DNA of 64,000 nucleotides, taken from positions 1-64,000 of the forward strand of contig RHPI01001737.1 of NCBI GenBank assembly GCA_009103225.1, written 5' to 3'. This stretch comes from Chlorokybus atmophyticus. Lineage: Eukaryota; Plantae; Mesostigma and Chlorokybus algae. The notes beneath the pieces are model-generated. The model was given only the letters and a program-made list of their open reading frames with translations. It was not told the origin of the DNA and did not search any database. Made by a program: the position numbers and the translations under genes. Each line of letters opens with the position of its first letter. Within the stretch, counting starts at the first letter, position 1. Of the stretch, positions 37,600 to 50,400 are shown in pieces.

Positions 37600-40500
37600 T
37601 CAAATGGTGAAGTCTTCCGCGTCTTCAAGATCGCCTTCCCCTCCCGGCAGGCCTTCAACAGTAGGCAGTGCCGGCGCGTTGACGACCTCAAGCGTGTCCA
37701 TGTCGGTGTTGTTAACATACTGGACAACCTTGTTGAAGTAGGCAACAGGGTCCTTTTTGTCTTGAATGGTTTGATTGACAAGGAACTGAAGCACCTGTGC
37801 AAGAAGCATGAGTGCATGAAGTTCATTCGCGCGCGAGCAATCGCACCTACAAAATGTTGTGACTCCTTTGCTAACCTTGTTTCAATCAAGCATGCATCAC
37901 GTACTTACCACAGCGACTGTGAAAGCCAACTGCTCCTTGTGACAGCTACGCGCAACGGCGTCGCCTCGCTTTCCTCTTCCTCGCTGTCCAGCGCCAGCTC
38001 CACATCACCTAATTATAAGCTTATAAGGGCAAATATTGGATTGCATCTGTCCAGCGCCAGCTCCACAAGTGGAGCTGGCGCTGGACCTTTATATAATTCG
38101 AAAGTGGCAAACAGCGGAGCTGAAAAGGTCCAGCGCTAGCCTGGGGAGTCCACATGTGGAGCTGGCGCTGGACCTTCATGTAAACACACAAACAGTAGAG
38201 CTGAAAAGGTCCAACGCCAGCTGCACATGTGGAGCTGGCGCTTGACCTTGAAATGATGTGAAGGTTGCAAACATCAGAGCTGGAAAGGTCCAGCGCCAGC
38301 TCCACATGTGCAGCTGGCGTTGGACTTTTATGTAGAGTGAAGGTTGCAAACATCAGAGTTGAAAAGGTCCAGCGCCAGCTCCACACGTCAGCTGGCGCTG
38401 GACCTTTGTGCGATATATTAGTTGATGTACATCACCTAACACATGCAGGTCGTAGATTCTAAAACTGCAACAGAATGTGAAGCTCTGCACCGCGTACCTG
38501 CTCCTCGCTGCGAGCACCAAACTTTTTGCAGCAAACGAACCGCTCGTCTCCCCATTCTAAGCGTCCATGGCGGCGGTATGCGCTATCTGTAAAGTTTCAA
38601 ACATTGAATGCAACCTTGCACGTCAACGAGTTGAGTTCAAGACATACACGCGTACATGCCCTTACCTTTCTTCAATGCCGCAAGCTGTGCAAGCCGCGCG
38701 GCTGTGGGTTTACCGTTGTAGAGCATAGGCAGCTGGTAGAAGCACTCGAAAGCTTTGCGGATTTCGTTCGACTTGGTGCCCTTCGCTCGCACAAGCGCTT
38801 AATTACGTCCTATCAAACATGCAAGGGTCACAACTGTTAAGGGAAGAATGCATTCAATGTTGCAAGGCAGCGCACTATAATGATGAAAAGCCACTCACCG
38901 CGACAAGCGCGGGTTGACCGCGTGCTGCGCTTCATGCAGGGCACACCCTTGCAGGACCAGCGCCGTCAGTAACGCCTGCCGTAATGCTGTCTCATCTGGA
39001 TAGAACACGCTATGCTTCAGCAATAAAGAAGCAGCGACACCCGCAGGGCCTGCAACCTTGCCCTTCCGACTTGTGAAGGTCGTGCCGCACCACCCTACAG
39101 GTTGAGTAGTCGCTACCATTTGTAGCCCAGCAGCTGCAGGCTCCGGCAAGGGTGAGGCGTCTAATGCTGAAGCCACCAGCCCTGATGCTCCAACTTGAGC
39201 TTGCTGCAAGCAATACAACAGTCAATGCTTGCATGTGAACATGTGCAAAGCATGCGCACTCAGTTACTCACAAGTATCAGTTGAACTATCGCGGGATTGG
39301 CATTGCTGCCTGCCGTATTGAGGTAGTCCTTGAGTACATCCAAGCTCGACGCAGATCGCGCGCTACGCTGCTCGGTTGCACCACTAGTAGGCACGCGTGC
39401 TGCGACGTCACGGCATGCACTGCTATGAAGTCGTGCTTGATCGCGCGCCGCTATAATCTGAGCGGCGATGGGCCTGGTGTGGGTGTGCGCTAGAAGCACC
39501 TCGCTGGTCACTTGTGGTGGTCTAGTGCTTTGCGTTAATTCGCAGCCACAGGCAGTTGGTTGCCACCAACTGCAAGCGCATGTTATCAAGCAATTACTAC
39601 CGATAGTGTAACATGCGCCCAGCGCCATAGACTATGTTCATGTCAACCGCACCTTAAGCTATGTCATCAAGAAAGGCGCGTGCGTTGCTTGCCGGAGGAT
39701 GACCGGCAACATCATCTTAATCAATGTTGTCGTCGTCATCTTCAAGTTTCATCGTCCAAGTCATTGTGGGCGTTCCTCTCCTCACCATGTAATCGTCTTC
39801 GTCATCGCTAACTGCCCACGACACAACCACAGTGTCATGCAATTCATACGTTACAGCACTAGACCTGTAGAGCAATGTGAGATTCAATGTTGCAAGGTTG
39901 CAAATAGCAGCAGCTGTAAGCCTACTAGGAAATGCATTGGTGAGTGCTCCGATCAACTACTATCAATAGAATTGCTGCTGGTGTACCTATACGTCGTAAT
40001 TGGCTAGTAGACTTGGTTGGTGCCGTGCGTCGGGCGGACGCTGTTGTGGTTGTTGCAGGCAAGGGTGAGGCCTCGATCAGTGCTGATGGAGCTTGCTTTA
40101 GTTGAGTCACTGCTTGGGTAGCCTGTAGTTAGTACGTTAGCCGATAGTTCTATAGAACTAGCATCAAATGTAAGCTTGGCAACTTCAAACATGCAGCTTG
40201 CAGTCAAGCGCAGGTGCACAATGGACCGGCTTGAAGCCAACTGAGAGTGCAGCCGCAAACTTGGCAGCTCTCGCAGCACCACGTTACAGCTGTAGTCAAC
40301 TGTTTTGTGCATATAATGCACTAAATACAACCAGCGCAGCAAGACATCATGTGTGCAAGCGTGTTGAACTGCTGCTTACCTCCTTGTCATTTGGTGCCTT
40401 GCGTTTTCGACTGGCAAGCTGCTGCGTCAGGTTGGCTATCTCCTGCTGTGCTTGCTTTCTGGTCGGACGCTGAGATTGGGAGGCCATGCCAGCGTCGTCA

Positions 40501-41177
40501 GCTTCCTCAGCTTGCCTACTAGTTAACTGAGGTTTGGAGGTTAAGCCAGCGTCCCCTGCCTGCAACATGTACTACAGCAAAACTTCCTGGCACCTATACG
40601 TACACGTGCTAGCTACCTCCATGTTGCAATGCTAAGCAACAGGCATTTGCTATCATTTTACAGTGCTGAGCATACTGCACACAACAGACCATTGTCATAT
40701 GCAATGCATGTAAAAGGGCTGAGCATACGACACACAAACGAATGAGTGCATGCAATGCACATAACAATCAGTAAATGCCGAAGCATATGACGAAGACTGC
40801 TTGTGCCACAGATCCCTGCTACAGCACGCTGCTAGGCGACTCAGTTTCAAACAGCCTGGGGCAGCTTGTTGACCTTGGACTTGATGTGACTGATGGTTGC
40901 TTAGAAGCACAGACTGCGCAAGCCAACGCACAGGCTGTCTATGCAAGCCAAACCAAGGCGCACCTTTCCACCTGGCCTCCTTGCCGCCAAAGACCGCCGC
41001 CAGCACCGGCTTGTTGCTAAGGGCGCTACCGCTCTGCGTGCAATGCTCACGGTGGAACCTATATGCGGACTCAATGCCCTGCAATGAAACCCTAATTATA
41101 GCAGCCTACGTACGGCCAGGCGCAGGCGGCGGCGGCGGCGGCGGCGGCAGGGAGGAGGGCAGCCAAGAGGCCGCCAT
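37600..41177 (-). pseudogene. Second, multi-exon gene of the Plavaka element, divergent from the transposase; unknown function
   Basis: Spliced open segments: ..ASRKRKAPNDKE|, DVIKRLVRAKGTKSNEIRKAFECFYQLPML, YRRHGRLEWGDERF, DVELALDSEEEE, final exon VLQFLVNQ...DLEDAEDFTI* (stop 37600-37602). In-frame TAA at ~39717. Start codon tentative. Confidence 0.5.
37986..38404. repeat. Array of ~79-bp units, each built on a 40-bp palindrome (consensus GGTCCAGCGCCAGCTCCACATGTGGAGCTGGCGCTGGACC)
   Basis: Units start at 38049, 38127, 38208, 38287 and 38366, plus a half-site at 37986. Linkers of ~40 bp are related to each other (GCAAACA..GAGCTGAAAA). Confidence 0.9.
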
Positions 41178-41839
41178 GAGGCTGGATTTTGGTTGCGCCT
41201 GGTCGACGGACGTGTGGTAAGCGCATGATTGAAGTGCATGTGCATGTGCATGTGCATGCGCTGTGTGGTAGCGGTGAACACTGCCAAGTTGCAAGGGACT
41301 TCAATTCTGCATGAGTCAAACTAGTATATTGCGACTAAGTAAAGCACATTATGTGGTTGTCTGGTACCGGTAAACATGGCCAAGTTGCCAGGTTGCGTAG
41401 CGTACATAGTTGACACTACACAGGAACTGGGGATGTAATCCTAGAGAACTTGAGATCTCAGCCTATGCTGTCAAGAGAATAAGCTTATGTCTCTGCCTTT
41501 CTCTCGGTAGCTTAAGAGAACAAGTTTACCGTTCATTGGTTTAGTCTTTTTATAAGCTATAATCTGAGTTTATGTTAGTGCATGTCAGCCTACCGTTCAG
41601 TGCACCTCATGAATCCACCGTTCATGAGGTGAAGTGAACAGTAGACTGACATAGACTTCCGCATGCAGGGCCTCATTGCCTTATGACCAACTGTTGCGCA
41701 TGCCTTGCTAGCATCTGAGTGTGGATAAGTTAGCAAATCAGTGACCACAGTAGGCTATACATGTTGGAATGCACCAGTGCATGTTAATGGGAAATGGTGT
41801 ATGTGTATCTAATCGCTTGACGTGCTTACACAGGCACAT

Positions 41840-43755
41840 ATGGCTGGGTTTGCATGCAATGCATGTGGCCGAGAGTTTACGACGCATCGCGCAAGAGCTA
41901 CACGTGTCAACTTCAGCGCGCGATGTCGCCGACGACCTGGATTTTTGACCGTCTACACGCACCTTGCCTGTGTCAATTGCTCAACATGTGGAGAGAGTTC
42001 TAAATGAGCAAAGTGATAGAGCAGCTGACTGGATGCCGTAAGACCCAAGCACCCATCATGCAACACACCAAGTCCACAATAACAGTTAAAGTCCGCGCTC
42101 ACCTCCAGCAGCCAACCCGTCCGGCGATGTCAACCTACCAGATGCACCCATCTGGACATTCCAAGGCATTGATGATGCTTTGCATCTCGCAACTACACAA
42201 GACCGCGACGCGGATCAGAAGGCAGCTCGGCAGCAGCAACTTAGGCAGCAACTAGGACCTTTTGCTGTGACTGCAGAGTTTGTGAGGTTTTGCTTTGAAA
42301 GTCGAGGAGGGCGAGGGCAATCAGATGCAGACATCAATAGATTATTGCGACTGCTTCGGCATCCGTCCTTCCACCCTGAGCAACTGCTAGTTCGCACCGC
42401 GCAAGATTGTAAAGCTTTCGCTGAGGCGCAAGTACAACATGTGACATATTCTTCTTGGTAACTTCGTGAGGTCACTTGTAGACTTTTTAACACATGCATT
42501 GCATGCATGCGTATATCCCCCTGACCTTAAATGCAATGGCATGCGCGAAAGCATGCACACCATCATATGCGCGCGCTCCCACGCATATGCATGCGCAGGC
42601 ACGCATGCACATAAAACCCACGCACGCATACATACACGCGCGCGCTCGCATACGCATGCACACACGTACGCACGCATGCGTGCACTTACACGTGTGCACG
42701 GGAGTACGTCTGAGTTACTTTGCATAATGTGACAGGGTTGGGTGAGGACCAACCTAACGCGGACAGCGTATGGGCAAGATGTCTACTTCACCCACCGCAA
42801 CATGGGTGAAGTGCTTGCTGAGATGTGGTGTGACAATCGCTTCCAGGTGGACTTCGTGCTGTATCTAAAGATGCTGACTGCCGGCGAAGGTCGCATTTAT
42901 GCAAGCCCAGACACCTGCATATTATGGAGCGATGTTCAGGTACTGCTAGCTGATTGTGCTCGTGTACACATGTGGTGTACGTTGCTGGTATTGCTATTGC
43001 TTACACGTCGTTATGTGAAAGGCCACAGTTGTATCCGTGTGGTTGCTGATGTGGCTTGTAACAGGCGTTGCTTTCGGAGGGTGCTACATGTGCAATGGTC
43101 GTTTTTTTCAGTGATAGTACTCCCGTCCATCAGAAAGGACATTCTTGCTGGCTAATTCCAGTCAGCTTGTTCAACATCGCCAAGCGCTTTAGAACTAAAG
43201 ACGCCAAATGGCCGGTTGGTTATTTGCCTACCTTGCGGCCTCTCCCCAAGCGAGGTCTTGGCAGAAAATCCAGACAATTCAACTGGGCCAAACTGGAAAT
43301 TTTGCATCGTTGCCTTGAAATCGTCCTCGGCCCCATTAAAGCAATGGCCAAGTAAGTCCTCCCCCACTACTTAGGGGTAAGATCTTTTAACCTATTGATT
43401 GATTAATTGATTTNNNNNNNNNNNNNNNNNNNNNNNNNNNNNNNNNNNNNNNNNNNNNNNNNNNNNNNNNNNNNNNNNNNNNNNNNNNNNNNNNNNNNNN
43501 NNNNNNNNNNNNNNNNNNNNNNNNNNNNNNNNNNNNNNNNNNNNNNNNNNNNNNNNNNNNNNNNNNNNNNNNNNNNNNNNNNNNNNNNNNNNNNNNNNNN
43601 NNNNNNNNNNNNNNNNNNNNNNNNNNNNNNNNNNNNNNNNNNNNNNNNNNNNNNNNNNNNNNNNNNNNNNNNNNNNNNNNNNNNNNNNNNNNNNNNNNNN
43701 NNNNNNNNNNNNNNNNNNNNNNNNNNNNNNNNNNNNNNNNNNNNNNNNNNNNNNN

Positions 43756-43794
<39 letters not shown>

Positions 43795-46747
43795 AACTAC
43801 TAGTAGCAGCAAGTGCGCGTGCGTGTGCGCGTATGCGCGCGTGCGCACTTGCAGCTAGTCTTGCGATGAGACGTGTTGCATTGCAGGCCTGCTTGAACGC
43901 TATGTTGATAAGCATGTGATGAGTTGCAGCGGTGAAGTCTTGGTCAATGCTAATGGCGAAAGGCAGCTCGTGTATCCCTTCCTCGCATCTTGGATTACGG
44001 ACTGGCCCGAAGGCTGCAAGCTCCTTTGTCACAAGGACACCAATGGCTGCAACTACCCATGCCATTTGTGTCCGAGAGAAGAGTTGAGCGACTTGTCAAG
44101 TGTACATGAGGAGCGCACAATTGAGGCAATGAAGCACACATGGGCAACAGCTATTGGTGCCATGCAGTCTGGTCAACCTTTATGCAACATACAGGCGATG
44201 TTGTCAACAGTGTCATACAGCCAAGTGGTGAAGGTGCGCAAGCTTGTGTCATGCCTACTGCAACAGTTCTGATCGTAGATGATGTACGGACAAATTACTT
44301 TTTTTAAGCAGTGCTCATTGTGGGACCTGCCATTCGGAAATTTGCCCATTGGTAAAGCTCAACTAGCTATCACTTTGGAAAGGATGCATCAAGCGGTGCT
44401 AGGCGTGTACAAAGACCTAACCACACTACTTGTTGAGTACCTCAAAGACAAAGGTAGCTGTAGTCTAGCTTCTCCTTAAAGGTTGCTTGTTGATCAACTT
44501 CTGTTATGATAAACATCAGCATGCACCATTAAGTGACATGTACACACAGATCCCACAGGTGACTCCATCCGCACCATTGAAGCAAGGCTTGACGTAATGA
44601 AGTGCCCAGCTCTGCGCATTCCTTTTTGTTATCTCACAACCGACGTTGCGGTCACCGCCAATGAGCACGCAGCAACCATGCAGGTGTGCCGAACTTTCAT
44701 GACAGCTAGTTGGCATGCATACTCATGTGAAAGATGTTGCCACAATTTCAAGCCAGTAAATTGTTACAGGTGATGCCTTACGCAACCCACATGGCAGTTC
44801 TGGTATCGCATGGTGACAACTTGGTGGATGAGGTCACTCCACTCTTTGTTGCCTTCAGCGAGTTCTACATGATTGTCAATTGAAAGGGTGTGCACGCTGG
44901 TCCGCACACAGACTTGACGCTCGCACAGCTGGCACAAGCGAGAGCATAGTAAGTTTAATTTGCTATAGACCATAAGTAGAAGTGTTGCTTGCAGTCTGTT
45001 CATATGCTTCGCACCAAGTGTTGTCACAGCGCTTGTTGCACATAAGGTCACGGTTGTATACACACAAGCCATTGGTACTAGCTTGTATGAGCTTGTAATC
45101 TGACTTGCATTTACTCATGCATGCGTATTCAAACATCTGAATGCAGATTCGACCAGCTGGCGAACGAACTTCTTGGCCCGTACCAGTTGTCGAACTGGAA
45201 CACTGTGAAGTACCATGCACTCAAGCATTACGAGCAGTGCATCAAGCGGTTGGGGCCTTTGGATGAGTACGACGCTCAGAGTTGGGAAGAAGATCACAAG
45301 AATGTGGCACACAAGCCATACTCTGTAACGAACAAGCGTGCGCGTACAGTCACGCAGCAGGTACAACACACGTTGCATTTCAACTTGGTGCGCGCGAGCA
45401 TGTGTATGCGCTGTATGCTGCTGCTAGGTTCATTTTTCTAGTGCTCTACTGTTTGCGCTACACTCTCTCATTATCTCTACTGCTCGTGGACGCATGTGCA
45501 TGCGGGTGGCACCCGCATGCACATGCGTCCACGAGCCCACGGTGCCTTGTGCACACGGTGTGCAGCATCGCGCGTGAGTGCGTGTCTGTGCTGTTGTGTC
45601 ACACATGATGATAGCTTTGATGTTGACACTAACAAACGCTCTCCAATGCGCGCAGATGGTCCAGCGTGTTGTCCATCGTCAAAGCTTAGGCTCGGCGCTC
45701 GGATGTAAAACGCAGTTGGAATGCAATGAGCCGACCAAGGCATGAACATCCTAAGCAACGAAACAAAGCACGTCACATACAAACGGTACTTGTGCAATCT
45801 GTCGTATGACCTCATGTCTAGACTAGACTCTCAGCGTGAACTAAGCTTGCATTGTGCTCTTGTTGTGTTGCAGCCGGATGGTCTAGGGGATCATGCCATT
45901 AGTAGCCGCCGCAAAGTCCTCGACTTGCAAGGCTTAGAGAGGGGCAGCCAGCAGATGTTGCTTCAATCAAATGCTTACAAGAGCAGCCAGAGCTTGTGCA
46001 TCTACGACTCGCAGCAAGAAGGTATCTGCTGGACCTTGAAGGCCGTCGAGGCGTGAGAGGAGATGCTGCACTATGGGACAATCTTCCATGCACTCTTGGT
46101 GATAAGGTACTTGCAGATGTAATTGAAACAAGTAAATAACAAAGTGGGATTGGCTGGCACATGCACATGTGGCTGTTCGTGGGTGTGGCGGTTCTTGCAT
46201 ACATGACTTCTTGCATGTGCGCGTGCGCATGCGGCTGCGCGTGCATGTGCATACGTATGTGCACGCTATCTCTATTATGTATAAACGCTTTACAATGTTG
46301 ATGTTGTGTGTTGAGCAGGTTTATGTGTACAACTCGGTGCGACTTTCTCCTACAGCTGCAGCCGCTAGTCGAGGACGGAGTGGCTGCTCCATGCTTCGCG
46401 CCAATTTTTGCAGCTACTACAACCCGGTTTTTTACGATGTGGTTGTGCGCGGAGTTGATGCCGGGAACGGGAACGATGTGCAGTGGTATGGACAAGTGCG
46501 CTTGCTCTTTCAGATGGCAAACACACGGCGCGAGTGGCACATGTGTGCATTTGTGTGCTGGTATGTGGAGTTCGGGAGGGTCGTGCCGCACCTGGGTCAG
46601 AGACGACTCAAGTGGGCCCAGAGGCAGGGAGCTGATTGGTACGATGTAGTAGCTCTAGGGTGCATAGAGAGGGTAGCGCACATTGTGCCCGATTTCAGTG
46701 CTGAGGACGGAGTTGAGCACTTTCTAATCAATCAACATCAACATTGA
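41840..46747 (+). pseudogene. Plavaka transposase, multi-exon, with premature stops
   Basis: N-terminal CNACGREF zinc-finger-like start; GRIYASPDTCILWSDVQ; VVFFSDST..IPVSLFNI..R..VGYLP; LHRCLEIVLGPI; VYPFLASWITDWPEGCKL..CNYPCHLC; ERMHQAVLG; WNTVKYHALKHY..I.RLG..E..H..K.YSVTNK; C-terminal WYGQVRLLF..AFVCWY..IERVAHIVPDF. Confidence 0.85.
43414..43755. other. Assembly gap (342 N), followed by (CT)n at 43756-43790, inside a transposase intron
   Basis: Seen directly. Confidence 0.99.
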
Positions 46748-47477
46748 ATTGGCAACTTGGCAACCCAATAGTGTAATCGCTTGATATGTGACAAGATTGC
46801 ATTACTGCAATGCGTTACAAACACTGAACAGATGCTTTGCTAAGCTATGTTAATACACTACTCATGTGGTGTTGATGTGGTAGTGGTAGTATTAAGATGA
46901 GGTTCATGTCAACTGCGTGTCATGTTGTTGCTAGAAAACATCACACTTGCATTGATTTGATGGTGCTGGTACCATGGTGGTTGAGCACTGCATTAACGTG
47001 CATTTGCAGCACATTATATTCATGCGACAACAGCAACAGTTTTACATCACATTAACATCAACAAAGCACGTGGTTGCAGCATGTTTACAACAGCATTTAT
47101 GCATGCATGGCTTTGACAAGCATTGAACCCATGCAACTGATGTCTATGCAACATGTTATGCACGTTAAATCTGCATCAGTTTCACAGATACAACAACCAT
47201 GTGATAACCACGCGGGATCAATGACAATGCAGCAGGTATTGCGACAATAGTCATTACCTTTGCATCACGGTAGCATTGATAGCGTTACGTCGATGTTGCA
47301 CTAATGTTGATTGCACATGCATTGAATCATTCACACATGCATACACGCTCAACATCAACGTGTGAAGCTATTGTGGACACTGTATTGGTTTGTGTTGATG
47401 TGATAGCATCAATGTAATGACCATTGCATTGATGGTCCACATTGATTTTAATACAACTGTACTACACTTTGGTGACG

Positions 47478-50400
47478 GTACCTGGCGAACACAGGCATGA
47501 GCATGGCGTTCACAGTGTCATCTCTTGAGACCGCACTCGGCACTGACTTTGGCATCCTCGGCGACGGCACTGCCATGTATGCCGCTGCCTACTACCGCAT
47601 ATACACCATCTCCCCAGTAGGCCTGAATGCCAACTTTGCAGGTGAACAATCATAATCAAGTCAACTCTGCGCGCGTGTGCATGCTGACCTGCACTTCGAC
47701 TGATCACAAGCTTACCACCTTGGATTGTGACAGATGCGTAGGAGCCTGCTCTGTTCAGCCAATGTACGCTGCGAAGCGCTTCAATGACAAGTTCCTGGCG
47801 GAGCACGAGCGCATGTTGGGAAGGACAGTCTGCGTGTGGCGCATACTCTGGCTGGGAAGCATCCCCGACTGGCAGTGGGGCCCTGGCCTCGATATAGACA
47901 AGTTCCCACCCCTCGCCGGCCACACCGCGGGTTACAGAGTGGACACGGTGTCCTTCCAGACAACGTGGCAGGACTCCAATTCGGAATACCTCTTCATGCG
48001 CGTGGGCCAGGCACCCGACCACTTCACCTCACACCAGGTTAGCCCGAACACGTAGCAACAAGGTGCTGCTGCGTGCGCGCACCTATGCATGCACGCACAC
48101 GCACACGCACACGCACACGCACAAGACACCAATCAGGTCATGGATTCTCTCCATGCCAATGCGTTGCCAAGCCTCGCTGACACATCTGCACTCCTTGCAG
48201 CACTTGGACTTGGGTTCAGTCACATTTGAGACCAATGGCATTAGCTCATCGATCTCGGCAGTGACAACTATAACATCCCGAACTACTTCAGGGAGGACAA
48301 TCGCTATATGTTCTATCGCGCTCGGACGGAAGGACACAACACTTTGGCCATCAGCACAGCCAAACAGCAGCCGCTGTACTTCAACAACCAGCCGCTGCTC
48401 GTGACAGCGCCAATAACCACAACTTACTGGGATGACACGCACTCACTCGCCATCATGGACCTCTCCGATGCGTATCCCAGTGCAACATCTGTCATGCGTG
48501 GAGTGATGCTCCTCAACAATGTGTCTCTTGGAGGAGGCGCATTGTTCATCCAGGACGAGATCGTGGCGAATGCGCCCGGTGTGGACGTGGTGTCAATGTT
48601 CCACACGAGGGCCTTCGTGCAAGTGGCACGCGATGGGCTCAGTGTGCAGCTCACACAAGGAGAACACGAAGTTGTGCTGATAGGACAATACTCTCCCCCG
48701 CAAATGCGACATCTTCCATCATTACCGCTGACCCCACCCCTCTTAACCTGAGCCCCGACCTGCCGGAAGACTCCAACGCTGGCGTCGTTAACACTGTAAC
48801 GTGCCCGCGATCTCTTGTCACCTCCACACGCATTGTGGTTTACTTCCAAGTCTCCACCTCCTCCCTCCCTCCACCAAGTGTTGTGCCACTCGCAAGATGG
48901 GTGAAGGAGATTTGTAACAACGTAGACGACGACCAGGATGGTACGCAAGTACTTGAATACATGCAGTTGTTCGTGTTGGCTAAGTTGAACAGCATGCCAA
49001 TCATTGCTGCTACCTTCTTGCCTGTTCCAATCTGGTAGGCTACATTGACAATCAGCCCGGTACAACTCCCTCTGATGCGGCCGTGCAAAGTTGGGTGCAA
49101 CAACGGCGTGCAGGTGAGACCGACGAGCTGTCCTGTAATTGGTCTAGTAAAAAGGTCACACATGCAACATACACACACACACATGCACGTATGCATGCAA
49201 ACACACGCACTGACACACATGCGCGTGCACGTGCAGATCTGTAGGTATGGCACGTACCTGGCATGCGACATGCAACCCCCAGCTGTGGAAATCTGCGACG
49301 ATGGGATAGACAACTACTGCGACGGTGCCACCGATGTGCCAGCTGCCGGCTCCCCGGCCTACATGGATTGCGCAAGCAACGAGGTGTGCTACCAGGGCGC
49401 CTGCCGCGCACTGTCCACTACAACACAAGTTGCCCTTGTCCCCTTCAAGTCCACATGGTGCTATCAGCACATCAACGAAGCTGTCCCGGACTGGCAGTAC
49501 ATCTCCACATACTCCACAAACTCACCAGCGTGGGGGGGGGGGGGAGAGGGGGGGATGGGAACGCGGGCCCGCGCCAATAGCCACTTCCAATGGCCCGCCT
49601 TACCCGGCAAATACGAAAATGAGACAAGTGTTTCTCAACGGGAACGTGTCCCCCACGGGTTACTTCATCAAGGATTTAGTGGTCAACAATGCTGCGGGTG
49701 CTGTTATCACCTCCCTAGATGTCCAGGTTCTTGTCTAGCAGGGCGCCGTGGTGTGGCTCAACGGTGTCAAGCTCGTGCGGCTCAACATGCCTGCCGGGAA
49801 AATTGGCATCACCACGTGGGCCACCGTAAACAACCCCACGTACAACTCTGGCACCACCAAGCTCGTCAATTTGACCCTGCTTCCAACCACCAGCAGCAAG
49901 TCTTCGTTGCTCAAGCCCGGCACCAACCGCCTTGCCGTTGAAATGCACAGAATCACTCGATACAACAAGCTTCAGCTAGCAACTGCCGTCACCGCCACAG
50001 ATGCGGCCACCTGCACCAGCTCACGATGCGTACAAAGGTGAGCCATTGCTGCAGTGCTATGCATATCAAACTGCTGTAATACACAACGTACATGCATGCA
50101 GCCATCTCAAATTTGCGTGCTTCGTGTTGGTTGTTAACTCACTCGCCAACCTGCTTGGCAGCACTGATCGCCTGAGTGTTTTCAAGTTGTACACCGCCTG
50201 GAGCTACAAAGACAAAGGCCAGCCAGAAGCCATCTGGATTAACCCATCATACGATGACTCAAGCTGGTCTGTTGGTGAGTGACTGTGACTAGGGCACGCA
50301 ACTGACTAGGGCACGCAACTGATACCAACTAGCAATGACTTCCGATGCAATGCGCCTAATGTGCATTCAACCACCACCTTGTTGTGCAGGCGTGTCTCCA

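Larger units (their letters stand above)
36976..47477 (+). mobile_element. Complete Plavaka-type DNA transposon (10,502 bp as assembled, including a 342-N gap)
   Basis: TIR CGTCACCAAAGTGTAG at 36976-36991, inverted at 47462-47477, extendable to 25 bp with 3 mismatches. GT duplicated on both flanks. Excision gives GGC ACA ACG TAC CTG (GTTYL), in frame. CATCAAC/GTTGATG-rich subterminal regions; Plavaka transposase inside. Confidence 0.9.

Noticed and set aside
38049-38404. CRISPR-like appearance of the palindrome/spacer array
   Set aside because: The linkers are homologous to one another rather than unique spacers, no cas genes are present, the context is a eukaryotic intron, and the repeat derives from the adjacent exon.
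43387-44065. ORFs containing long X runs
   Set aside because: They span the assembly gap and the adjacent (CT)n tract.
31493-49738. TAA/TAG-to-Gln recoding, suggested by in-frame TAR codons in DRP, the lyase gene and the Plavaka accessory gene
   Set aside because: GSA ends in TAG and PSB27 in TAA exactly at the homologous C-termini, and the intact genes have no internal TAR. The stops co-occur with frameshifts, so these are pseudogenes.
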